A DNA stretch of 64,000 bases, from positions 40,580-104,579 of the forward strand of contig PWJZ01000124.1 of NCBI GenBank assembly GCA_003559855.1. The letters run 5' to 3'. Below the pieces are notes generated by a model, which was not told where the DNA came from, searched no databases, and saw only the letters and a program-made list of their open reading frames with translations. The DNA is from Bacteroidales bacterium. Lineage in GTDB: Bacteria > Bacteroidota > Bacteroidia > Bacteroidales > UBA7960. Positions 19,938-29,394 of the stretch are shown in pieces; position 1 is the first letter of the stretch; the number at the start of each line of letters is the position of its first letter. Made by a program: the position numbers and the translations under genes.

Positions 19938-22391
19938 GTGAAGAACCTGTTAAGAACATTTGTTATTTTTTCCGCCCTCATATCCGGCACAAACCTTAAT
20001 GCCAGGGAAGCCCTGTTATATGGTTATGTTTTTGATGAACATAAAGATCCTCTCGAAATGGTATCGGTATCGGTCATGAACACCCCTGTAGGCACTATAA
20101 CAGACGAAAACGGATATTACCGGCTATACCTTGAACCTGAAGAAAAGCATACTGTGGTTTATTCATATCTTGGGTACAAAAGTAAAGAGATAGAGATCGT
20201 ACTGTCACACAATGAGCAATTGCAAAAAAACATAGCTCTCGATATTATGGTAACGCATCTTCCTGATGTTGAAATCAGGGACTTGCGCGAACTTTCCGCT
20301 CATATTACAAGAATAGATCCAAAGCATATAGAAACATTACCCGGACCTGTATCGGGAGTAGAAGCATTGCTGAAAACTTTTCCGGGGGTTTCTTCAGTCA
20401 GTGAACTTACAACCCAATACTCGGTTAGGGGAGGCAACTTTGACGAAAACCTGGTATATGTCAACGGTATTGAAATCTACCGTCCTTTCTTAATACGGTC
20501 GGGTCAGCAGGAAGGACTTAGCTTTGTTAATTCTGACCTTATATCATCAATAAATTTTTCTGCCGGTGGTTTTGATGCGATGTATGGCGATAAAATGGCA
20601 TCGGTACTTGATATAAAATACAAAACACCCCAGGATTTCGGAGGTTCTGGTTCAATGAGCCTGCTGGGAGGTTCTTTACACCTTGAAGGCAGGGCTTTTA
20701 ATAACGAAAGACTGGGATACCTTGTCGGGTTCAGGCATCAAACCAACCAATATTTGCTCGGAACACTTGACGTTGAAGGAGATTACCAGCCTACTTTCAC
20801 CGATGTTCAGACCTATCTTACATATAATATTAATAATGACTGGTCTGTCGATTTATTAGGCAACTATTCGCGCAACAACTATTTTTTTAAGCCGGAGGTG
20901 CAAAAAACCCGTTTCGGGCATTATGATGATCCCCGACAGCTGACAGTTTATTTTGAAGGGCAGGAAGTAGACCGTTTTGTAACTGCATTTGGTGCATTGT
21001 CTTTGAATTATACCCGCAACGATGATCTGAAACTGCAACTGATAGGTTCTGCATTTCAAACAGATGAAAACGAAACATTCGACATACTTGGTCAATATTG
21101 GATGTACAGGGTTGGCACCGATTTCGGTGAAGATGACTACGGCAATCCCACGGGAAAACCCCTGGCAGCCGGAGCATTCCTTGAACATGCACGAAATTAC
21201 CTGAATGCAATTGTGTGGAATATACAACATAAAGGTGTATGGGATCTGGACAACAATATTGTCAGGTGGGGTGTAAAATATCAGCATGAAGATATTTATG
21301 ACAAACTTAGAGAGTGGTCGCTTATTGATTCTGCCGGATATTCATTACCCCATAACCCTGATAAAGACAAACTGGTGCTTAATAATTTCGTGCAATCAAA
21401 ACACAACCTGGTATCGAACCGGTTTAGCGGGTATGTTCAAAACGATTGGAAGTTTGATAATAACCTTGGAGAGTTCATTTTCATAGCAGGTATAAGAGCA
21501 AACTACTGGGATCTGAACGACCAGCTCTTGTTCAGCCCAAGGACTACATTATTGTATAAACCTGCAAAAAATCAAAACCTTGTTTTTAGGGCATCGGTGG
21601 GGCTGTATCATCAACCGCCGTTTTACAGAGAATTGCGCGATCTCGAAGGTAACCTGAATAAAGATATTAAAGCACAGGAATCATGGCATTTCGTTGTGGG
21701 AAGTGATCTTGATTTCATTGCCTGGAATCGTCCATTCAAGTTTACCAGCGAAGTTTACTACAAGCATTTAAATAATATAATACCCTATGAACTTGATAAT
21801 GTAAGGGTACGTTACTATGCAAAAAATAACGCCAAAGGCTATGCAACAGGGCTTGACCTGAAATTGCACGGCGAGTTTGTTCCTGGTATAGATTCATGGG
21901 CAAGCCTTTCGCTTATGAAAACGGAAGAAAAGATCCTGGACGAATATTATGAAGATGCTGACGGCAATTTAGTGCCTGCAGGTTATATTCCAAGGCCAAC
22001 AGATCAACTGATAAATTTCAGCCTCTATTTTCAGGATTTTTTACCACGCAACCCGACCTATAAAGTTCATTTGGGCATGTTTTATGGTACCGGCCTTCCT
22101 TTCGGACCACCTACCTTCGAACGCCATAAAGATACCCTGCGTATGCCTTCCTACAGAAGAGTGGATATCGGTTTTTCAAAACAGTTGATTGGACATCGCA
22201 CAACTTTTTCGCAAAAAAATCCGCTTCGCCATATAGAATCTTTGTGGATAACCGCAGAGGTCTTCAATCTGCTGCAGATTAACAATACAATTTCATATAT
22301 GTGGATAAAAGACGTGCAAAACAGGATGTATGCCGTGCCAAACTACCTCACAAGGAGATTGCTTAATGTTAAACTTGTTGTACATTTTTGA
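19938..22391 (+). CDS. TonB-dependent receptor with N-terminal CarboxypepD_reg domain
   Basis: GYVFDE...PLEMVSVSV...GTITDENGYYRL, then a plug region (VRGGNFDENLVYVNGIEIY), a long beta-barrel and a C-terminal Phe. GTG start. Confidence 0.85.
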   Translation: MKNLLRTFVIFSALISGTNLNAREALLYGYVFDEHKDPLEMVSVSVMNTPVGTITDENGYYRLYLEPEEKHTVVYSYLGYKSKEIEIVLSHNEQLQKNIALDIMVTHLPDVEIRDLRELSAHITRIDPKHIETLPGPVSGVEALLKTFPGVSSVSELTTQYSVRGGNFDENLVYVNGIEIYRPFLIRSGQQEGLSFVNSDLISSINFSAGGFDAMYGDKMASVLDIKYKTPQDFGGSGSMSLLGGSLHLEGRAFNNERLGYLVGFRHQTNQYLLGTLDVEGDYQPTFTDVQTYLTYNINNDWSVDLLGNYSRNNYFFKPEVQKTRFGHYDDPRQLTVYFEGQEVDRFVTAFGALSLNYTRNDDLKLQLIGSAFQTDENETFDILGQYWMYRVGTDFGEDDYGNPTGKPLAAGAFLEHARNYLNAIVWNIQHKGVWDLDNNIVRWGVKYQHEDIYDKLREWSLIDSAGYSLPHNPDKDKLVLNNFVQSKHNLVSNRFSGYVQNDWKFDNNLGEFIFIAGIRANYWDLNDQLLFSPRTTLLYKPAKNQNLVFRASVGLYHQPPFYRELRDLEGNLNKDIKAQESWHFVVGSDLDFIAWNRPFKFTSEVYYKHLNNIIPYELDNVRVRYYAKNNAKGYATGLDLKLHGEFVPGIDSWASLSLMKTEEKILDEYYEDADGNLVPAGYIPRPTDQLINFSLYFQDFLPRNPTYKVHLGMFYGTGLPFGPPTFERHKDTLRMPSYRRVDIGFSKQLIGHRTTFSQKNPLRHIESLWITAEVFNLLQINNTISYMWIKDVQNRMYAVPNYLTRRLLNVKLVVHF

Positions 22392-22702
22392 AGATGTGTG
22401 GTTTTATGAAATGAGATACCACTATTTATTATTTATTCTGCCTTTATGGCGTAAATAAAATTTTTTTCATCAAACTGCCTTTTTGGCATAATTCTATACC
22501 GGATTGTTTGAATATGCTCTAAGCATTGTTAAATAAGAAAAATGAGGCGATAATCGCATATGTGCTATAAATGAGATGGTCGTTAAGTGCATAAAACGTG
22601 TCATATTTGCAATAAATACGGTTTAAAACCAATGATGGCATAATCATTGAAGAGGTGTAAACTGATAAATTTATTTGAAAACCAAAAAGAAAAAACAGAA
22701 AA

Positions 22703-24625
22703 ATGGGTAAAATCATAGGCATAGATTTAGGAACAACCAACTCATGTGTAGCTGTTATGGAAGGCAATGAGCCTGTAGTGATAAATAACAGTGAGGGGCG
22801 TCGTACTACCCCGTCATTAGTGGCGTTTACCGAAAACGGTGAAAGGAAGGTAGGGGATCCTGCAAAAAGACAAGCGATCATAAATCCTCAAAAAACCGTT
22901 TATTCTATAAAACGTTTTATGGGGATGCCTTACGATGCTTTGAAAAAGGAGAAAGAGCGTGTCAGTTACGAGGTTGTAAAAGGAGAAAACAATACCACAA
23001 GAGTAAAAATAGATGACCGGCAATATACTCCCCAGGAGATATCAGCGATAATATTGCAAAAAATGAAGAAGACCGCCGAGGATTATCTTGGCAAAGAGGT
23101 AAATGATGCGGTAATCACCGTGCCGGCATATTTCAATGATTCGCAACGCCAGGCAACAAAGGAAGCAGGTGAAATTGCGGGTTTGAAAGTACACAGGATC
23201 ATCAATGAGCCCACTGCCGCTTCGCTTGCATACGGACTTGACAAAAAGGACAAGGATGTTAAAGTGGCTGTATTTGACCTTGGAGGTGGTACATTTGATA
23301 TCTCCATAATGGAGCTTGGTGATGGCGTTTTTGAGGTGAAATCAACAAACGGTGATACTCACCTTGGAGGTGACGATTTTGACGATATTATTATTAATTG
23401 GCTTGCCGAAGAATTTAAAAAGGATGAAGGCATAGATTTGAAAAAGGATCCTATGGCGCTTCAGAGATTGAAGGAAGCAGCCGAAAAAGCCAAAATAGAA
23501 CTTTCAAGCTCCACATCAACGGAGATAAACCTGCCCTACATAATGCCGGTTGACGGTATCCCCAAACACCTTGTCAGAACATTAAGCAGGAGTAAATTCG
23601 AGCAGCTTTGTGACAAGCTTATACAATCAACACTCGAACCTTGCAAAAAAGCTCTCAGTGATGCAGGTCTTAAACCATCCGATATCGAAGAGGTAATACT
23701 GGTTGGTGGTTCAACACGTATTCCTGCAATACAAAAACTCGTGGAAGACTTTTTCGGCAGGAAACCCTGTAAAGGTGTAAACCCTGATGAGGTTGTGGCA
23801 ATCGGAGCGGCAATACAGGGTGCTGTACTTAGCGGCGACATTAAAGATGTACTGCTGCTGGATGTAACTCCGCTTTCGCTGGGTATCGAAACTTTGGGCG
23901 GTGTTATGACAAAACTTATAGAGGCCAACACCACAATACCGACGAAAAAAACCGAAGTTTTTTCAACAGCAGCCGATAATCAGACATCAGTTGAGATACA
24001 TGTGTTGCAGGGTGAAAGACCGATGGCAAAAGACAACCGCACTATCGGCCGATTTCATTTGGACGGTATACCGCCTGCACCAAGAGGAGTGCCGCAGATC
24101 GAAGTAAGCTTTGATATTGATGCAAACGGAATTTTAAACGTGTCTGCCAAAGATAAAGCAACAGGAAAGTCGCAGGAGATACGTATCGAGGCTTCTTCAG
24201 GACTATCAGAGGAAGAGATCAAAAAGATGAAAGAAGAAGCAGAAGCCAATGCCGAAAAAGATGAGCAGATCAAGGAAGAAACAGATAAAATAAACGCTGC
24301 AGACAGCCTGATATTCCAGACTGAAAAGCAAATGAAGGAATTTGGCGATAAGATACCGCCTGAAAAGAAAGAGCCTATTGATAAAGCATTAGGCGAGCTG
24401 AAAGAGGCATATAAGAACCGCGACATACAAGCTATTGATACGTCAATGGCTGCATTGAACAATGCATGGCAGGCTGCAAGTGAAGAGCTTTATAAGGCAA
24501 CTCAGCAGCAAGGTGCAGATGCCCAGGCTCAGCAGCAAGATGAAACCAAGCAGAAAAAAGATGATAAAGGTGACGGAGGTGACGATGACGACGTTACCGA
24601 TGTGGATTATGAGGAAGTTAAATAA
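22703..24625 (+). CDS. dnaK: molecular chaperone DnaK (Hsp70)
   Basis: [21 protein letters not shown] and [11 protein letters not shown] signatures. 640 aa. Confidence 0.98.
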   Translation: MGKIIGIDLGTTNSCVAVMEGNEPVVINNSEGRRTTPSLVAFTENGERKVGDPAKRQAIINPQKTVYSIKRFMGMPYDALKKEKERVSYEVVKGENNTTRVKIDDRQYTPQEISAIILQKMKKTAEDYLGKEVNDAVITVPAYFNDSQRQATKEAGEIAGLKVHRIINEPTAASLAYGLDKKDKDVKVAVFDLGGGTFDISIMELGDGVFEVKSTNGDTHLGGDDFDDIIINWLAEEFKKDEGIDLKKDPMALQRLKEAAEKAKIELSSSTSTEINLPYIMPVDGIPKHLVRTLSRSKFEQLCDKLIQSTLEPCKKALSDAGLKPSDIEEVILVGGSTRIPAIQKLVEDFFGRKPCKGVNPDEVVAIGAAIQGAVLSGDIKDVLLLDVTPLSLGIETLGGVMTKLIEANTTIPTKKTEVFSTAADNQTSVEIHVLQGERPMAKDNRTIGRFHLDGIPPAPRGVPQIEVSFDIDANGILNVSAKDKATGKSQEIRIEASSGLSEEEIKKMKEEAEANAEKDEQIKEETDKINAADSLIFQTEKQMKEFGDKIPPEKKEPIDKALGELKEAYKNRDIQAIDTSMAALNNAWQAASEELYKATQQQGADAQAQQQDETKQKKDDKGDGGDDDDVTDVDYEEVK

Positions 24626-24668
24626 AACCTGAAGAAAAGTGAAACAATAAGGTTGCGCAATTAATATG

Positions 24669-24700
24669 AAAAAGGCGGGTGTTTTTATCCCGCCTTTTTT
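24669..24700 (+). terminator. intrinsic terminator of dnaK
   Basis: AAAAAGGCGGG tgtttttat CCCGCCTTTTTT. Confidence 0.85.
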
Positions 24701-24790
24701 ATGGCCGCCAATAACCATTATATACTGAATGTACTAGCATCGTATAACATCTCTTATTAATGATCTTGAGCACCTCTCAATAAACTTTTT

Positions 24791-25330
24791 CTATTTACGG
24801 TCGAAAAAAGGATTTTTTGATGTAGCACTCAAAGGGATCCCATAAATTATCTTTACATCACTGTTCAATATCTTCATTTCTCTTGCAGCATATCCGATAG
24901 TATACATAATTCTGTTATCCACCCTGTAATCGGCAGCCATACTGACCGCCGATCCGATGGCAATACCCAGGTCGCCCGTATTATATGCACATGGCATGTC
25001 GGGGTGTTTATCCTTTTGCTCACAATTGTCAAAGCCGCAAAAACCGCAAAGCTTTAATCCGACCGATTTGAAATGCGTTCCGATCAAAACAACAACATCA
25101 GCCGAATCATGTACATTCTTTGAGTCACGTAAAAATATATGGTTATCCTCCCTTTTGCCTGTCTCCTCCATTTTTTTTGCCAACGTTTTTATATGATTGC
25201 CGGTCAGCATTAATATTTCGAGATTGTCTGTACCACGTGCCTTTGGAGCAGTACGGGCTGCGATCATCATCTTTTTGGCTATTTCGATCAATGCTTGTCT
25301 ATTTATTTCGGTTTCATTTGTCAATGCCAT
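24791..25330 (-). CDS. DUF2148-type ferredoxin-domain-like protein
   Basis: ARTAPKARGTDNL near the N-terminus and a CGFCGFDNCEQKDKHPDMPCAYN cysteine cluster, as I recall for DUF2148 proteins of anaerobes. Confidence 0.65.
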   Translation of the reverse strand: MALTNETEINRQALIEIAKKMMIAARTAPKARGTDNLEILMLTGNHIKTLAKKMEETGKREDNHIFLRDSKNVHDSADVVVLIGTHFKSVGLKLCGFCGFDNCEQKDKHPDMPCAYNTGDLGIAIGSAVSMAADYRVDNRIMYTIGYAAREMKILNSDVKIIYGIPLSATSKNPFFDRK

Positions 25331-25382
25331 AGTTAAACTGAAATTTTATTGAAAAATAGTGATGATATTATTTGAATATATG

Positions 25383-26273
25383 TCAACTGTTTGCAAACTT
25401 TGCCATACTTCCTATATATTTTAATGGCACGATTGTGTTATGATTCTTGTTGTTATGCCTGGCAATAATCATTTCAACATTTTCTTTTTCCTTTGGGTTT
25501 TTGCCCATAAAATCAGAGCGATGCAAAAACATGACAACATCAGAAAGTTCACTGAGAAATACGGGAATATCTGTGATTGAAGGTCTTTGAAAAATATTAT
25601 ATCCGAAACCCTGCCCCTGAAGCTGAGAAAACAGAACTATGGGAAGATTTAATTCTTTTGCCGTTTCCTTTATAGTATGTACAATATTGCTGAGTTGTTC
25701 CTCCCTGCTTTCACCGCCGGAAACATATGTACTTATAAGTTCAAGTTAATCAATAATTATCAGGTCGACATTATTAATAAACTTCAATTGTCTTGATTTT
25801 TTAACCAATTCCCCAATGGAAATATACGGAGTGTCATCAACAAATATCTTTGCTTTTGCAATGTTGCTGATAATGTTCAAAATATGGTCTTTTCTGCTTA
25901 GGTTAAAGTTTTTGTCCGTGATCTTATAAACGGACATACCTGTTTCGCTTTCTATGATACGGTTCGCGATCTTTTGGCTTGAACGCTCCGAGGTGAAGAT
26001 CGCAACCGAATGATGGTTCTTGATAGCTACATTATTAGCTATCGATAATAAAAAAGCGGTTTTCCCCATCCCCGGTCTTACCGCTATAGTAACCAAATGC
26101 CCTTTTTGTAACCCCAATATTACCTTGTCTATTTCCAGAAATCCGGTTGAAAGACAATTGGTCATGTTTTCTTCTTTTATGTTTTTTGGAAGTGTTTGGT
26201 TTATTATTTCGCCTATACTGGTAAACTCAAACACTTCTGACTGCTCTGTGACATCGTGTGGATTTTCTTTCAT
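25383..26273 (-). pseudogene. DnaB C-terminal (RecA-fold) domain-only ATPase, interrupted by an in-frame TAA at 25746-25748
   Basis: LSTGFLEIDKVILGLQKGHLVTIAVRPGMGKTAFLLSIANNVA (Walker A), FTSERS, and Walker B DLIIID followed by TAA. The same frame continues for 120 more codons (LELISTYVSGGESREEQLSNIVHTIKETAKELNLPIVLFSQLQ...RPSITD...) to a TGA at 25383-25385. There is no DnaB N-terminal domain. Confidence 0.75.
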
Positions 26274-26361
26274 TTTTTATGGGTTTAGTTTAAATTTTAG
26301 AAAATATTTTATATGATAACTCTTAAAGCATGCCCCGCATTAAAAAAAAAGCAGGGTTTTG

Positions 26362-26736
26362 TCAGTTCATTTCAATCTTATATGGCAAATCCAATTCATT
26401 GATCAACTCCTTCCATGTTTCAAGCATCTCTTCTTCACCTTCATAATAGTGCCATACTATTTCCACATTATTGCCCTTGGCGTGATAATTCTCGAACATT
26501 TCAAGCATTTTAAAAATATATTTCGATGAACTGGTGTTATAGTAATTTACCCTGAATTGGAGTATAACAGGTTCATTTCTTGTTTCGGTGAATTCTTTTA
26601 CCCAGTCGAGAATTGGTCTGAAAAACTCAATGGCGTTGTCCGGATAAGATGTGCCTGAGATGACCATATTTCCTTTTTCGGCACTGAAAGATATACCAAA
26701 CGTCATTTTTGTAGGTTCTATGATAAGGTTTTGCAT
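26362..26736 (-). CDS. DUF1987 / SiaC-family regulatory protein
   Basis: The 124-aa protein with ISGTSYPDNAIEFFRPILDWV...VNYYNTSSSKYIFKML...VEIVWHYYEGEEEMLE matches the DUF1987 pattern (S.PEN...FY.P...W, FNTSS, W.Y...D.DM.E). Confidence 0.75.
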   Translation of the reverse strand: MQNLIIEPTKMTFGISFSAEKGNMVISGTSYPDNAIEFFRPILDWVKEFTETRNEPVILQFRVNYYNTSSSKYIFKMLEMFENYHAKGNNVEIVWHYYEGEEEMLETWKELINELDLPYKIEMN

Positions 26737-27416
26737 ATGTTGATAATTTATTTTGCCAAATCAGCAAGCCAGCACAATATAAAAATTTTTTTTCATAAAT
26801 AAGCAATTTTTTATAAACATATTTATGTCCGATATACAATAAAAAAAAATTGCAGCCTGCATATATTTTGTTCTCAGGTTATTGTAATCCGATAAGCTTA
26901 TACAAAATTATACAGAAGTTTCTGTTTAAAGAATCAGGAATATAAAATTTTGCAAATCTTGTTTTTTAGTATATCCAGTGATGTATTTTGTCGATGTAAC
27001 CAATAACAAAATTATATAATCAACAGTTGTATGATTGTGATTTGCATTGTATTCTCTTACTGCCGGAATTTATATAGAAATTAACAATTGACGTGTGAAT
27101 ATTTTTTCAGCAGACATATGATTTTTATGAAATTATTTTAATTTTCGTCTGAGATAATCAATTTCGACTTTACATTTCCTTTATTATCTGAAGATTATCT
27201 TCTTTGGTAATTTTTTATGCTCAAAAAAGCAAAGATTTTTTACTATACTTTTGCCCGGTTATTCAGGGGGCTGAAACAGTATGATTGCAATTTGATAAAT
27301 AAGAAAACAGCAATGCTGCAATGAGAAAACCAGCAAACCCTATTATAAGAAATCAGGATGTTAAACACAATTTATACGAATGAAATTCAGGTTTTAGAAT
27401 AGTATTATAAATACCG

Positions 27417-27451
27417 GGGGCTTCCATTTTCAAGAAAAAGATGGAAGCCCC
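27417..27451 (-). terminator. hairpin downstream of the minus-strand gene 27500-28768
   Basis: GGGGCTTCCAT, a 13-nt loop, then ATGGAAGCCCC (11-bp perfect stem). The downstream tract on the minus strand is only moderately T-rich. Confidence 0.5.
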
Positions 27452-27499
27452 ATAACAGAATCACTGAGCTTTAAAAGCAACAATTATTAAAGCCTTTTA

Positions 27500-28768
27500 T
27501 CAGTTTTGTATTTGATACTGAACCTTTATTCCACCAAAATGCATGTGCAAATTGATGCTGGTTAATTTGCTTGCAGGTAGTTGAACAAAAGGCTCAACAA
27601 CTATATTGTTATTTCTACGCGAAGAAAAAGAATAGCCTGCAGCTATATTTATCAAACCAAAAGGATCAATCTTGCTAAATGCACCATAATGTTCTTCAAC
27701 AAATAATGGATTATAACTCTTGGCGTCATTTTCATCATAATGATTTATATTATAATGACCTGTAAAATGTTGGTCAAGATAAACTATTGTTGAAGTTCCC
27801 GCAGATACATAGATACTTTGCCGTTGAGTTTTGAAAATATCAAAAACAAAATTTAACGGTATTTCAATTGAAACAAGATCTATTTGAGTTTCTTGTGAAG
27901 TTATTATTGTTTTTGCAAGATCATATGTAGTTTCAGTACGAGCGATATTATCCATAGCATAGTTACCTCCGTAAAAGTGATAACTATGGTTAGCTAACGT
28001 CAATCCGGGTCTTGCTCTCAACCTATCGGTCAGCCGGTATTCCGTAAATAAACCAATTGCTGCACCCGGTGTTGATGAAACATTATTTTCAACCATTGCC
28101 ATTATACCTGATAGATGGAAACCAATTTTTGTCTTTTCCCTTGTAGTTACTTCATTTAAGTGCTTTATTTCAACTTGCACTGGAGCAGCAGATTTTTCAG
28201 AATGTATTTTCGATGTCCGGAAGATTTTTAAATCAGGGCGCTTAATTTCAGAAGGTTCAATATTATTAACATTATTAACAGCAATTAAATTTTTGGTTTC
28301 GATCTGAAATTCAAATGGTTTTTCTGTTTCTTTCGGGTCATAAAACCTGGCTTTTTCAATTTCAGAAACATCTGTTTTTTTAGCTTTTTCAGTGTATTTG
28401 GGCTCCGATTCTGCAAATTGTTGTTCTTGAGGTGGTGCAATTTTTTCTTCAATAGGTGCTATGCTTTCAAGGTAATCCTCAACTTCTGTTTTTGGCAATA
28501 TTTGCTCCTCAACATCTTCTTTCTCCGTAATTAACCGTAAAGGTTCTTCTTCCGAATTAATTAATTTGTAGGTAAAAAATCCACCAACAGATACTAAAAT
28601 TGCAATAGTTGCTGCTTTAGCCCAAATGGTAGAAAAAAAGTAAAACCTTTTACTTTTTTGTTTCTTTTTTAAAAAAGCATTCCACCCTTCATCAGCTAAA
28701 TGATCAGCATTGTAATCCTCAAAAACATCCTTTATATGCTTTTTAAATTTTTCGTCAAACCGTTTCAT
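27500..28768 (-). CDS. ECF-sigma-associated membrane protein (anti-sigma-like N-terminus, one TM helix, acidic linker, C-terminal porin-like beta-barrel domain)
   Basis: Overlaps the sigma gene by 14 nt. TM helix FFSTIWAKAATIAILVSVGGFFTY. The C-terminal ~200 aa show an alternating beta-strand pattern ending in GGIKVQYQIQN. Confidence 0.6.
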   Translation of the reverse strand: MKRFDEKFKKHIKDVFEDYNADHLADEGWNAFLKKKQKSKRFYFFSTIWAKAATIAILVSVGGFFTYKLINSEEEPLRLITEKEDVEEQILPKTEVEDYLESIAPIEEKIAPPQEQQFAESEPKYTEKAKKTDVSEIEKARFYDPKETEKPFEFQIETKNLIAVNNVNNIEPSEIKRPDLKIFRTSKIHSEKSAAPVQVEIKHLNEVTTREKTKIGFHLSGIMAMVENNVSSTPGAAIGLFTEYRLTDRLRARPGLTLANHSYHFYGGNYAMDNIARTETTYDLAKTIITSQETQIDLVSIEIPLNFVFDIFKTQRQSIYVSAGTSTIVYLDQHFTGHYNINHYDENDAKSYNPLFVEEHYGAFSKIDPFGLINIAAGYSFSSRRNNNIVVEPFVQLPASKLTSINLHMHFGGIKVQYQIQN

Positions 28769-29327
28769 AATATTTGTTTATAACATTAAAATACTTTTCA
28801 TACAATTTTCTCAACATCTTTTTTGCCCTGGTTAGCTTGGCTCTTGATGTTGACGTAGCTATTCCGGTCAATTTTCCAATTTCTTCATGTGAGTATCCTT
28901 CAATTTCGTATAGATTAAATATTATTCTATAGTTTTCCGGAAGCTGCGATAATAATTTAAGAATATCCTTAATTGATATATTTTGAACATATGTATCTTC
29001 GCGTTCTATGGTTTCAGGCAAATACTCTTCCGGTAATACTTTATTATGTTTGAAATTTTTTCTGTAATTATCAATTATTGTATTTACCAGAATCTGAGTA
29101 AACCAACTTTTGAAATCCCTGGATGTATCAAAGTTTTTAAGATTATCAAAAACTTTAATAAAACTATCATTTACAATCTCCATTGCGTCATCCTGATTGA
29201 CGGCATATCTTATGCAAACAGACATAGCGAAAGAGAAAAAGCGTTTGTACAACATCTCCTGACTCCTGACATTACCTGCTATACAACCCTTAATAAGTTC
29301 AATGTCTGAGAAACCCTCATTTTGCAT
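28755..29327 (-). CDS. RNA polymerase sigma-70 factor, ECF subfamily
   Basis: Region 2 (AMEIVNDSFIKVFDNLKNFD...FKSWFTQILVNTIIDNYRK) and a region 4 HTH (YEIEGYSHEEIGKLTGIATSTSRAKLTRAKKMLR). Confidence 0.9.
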   Translation of the reverse strand: MQNEGFSDIELIKGCIAGNVRSQEMLYKRFFSFAMSVCIRYAVNQDDAMEIVNDSFIKVFDNLKNFDTSRDFKSWFTQILVNTIIDNYRKNFKHNKVLPEEYLPETIEREDTYVQNISIKDILKLLSQLPENYRIIFNLYEIEGYSHEEIGKLTGIATSTSRAKLTRAKKMLRKLYEKYFNVINKYYETV

Positions 29328-29394
29328 AATACCCGGATTAATGAATTTTTATTCCATGCCGATATAAAATTAATAAATTTTATACTATCAAAAA

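Noticed and set aside
22519-22881. 120-aa minus-strand ORF overlapping the dnaK start
   Set aside because: It is antisense to the most conserved part of dnaK and has no recognisable features.
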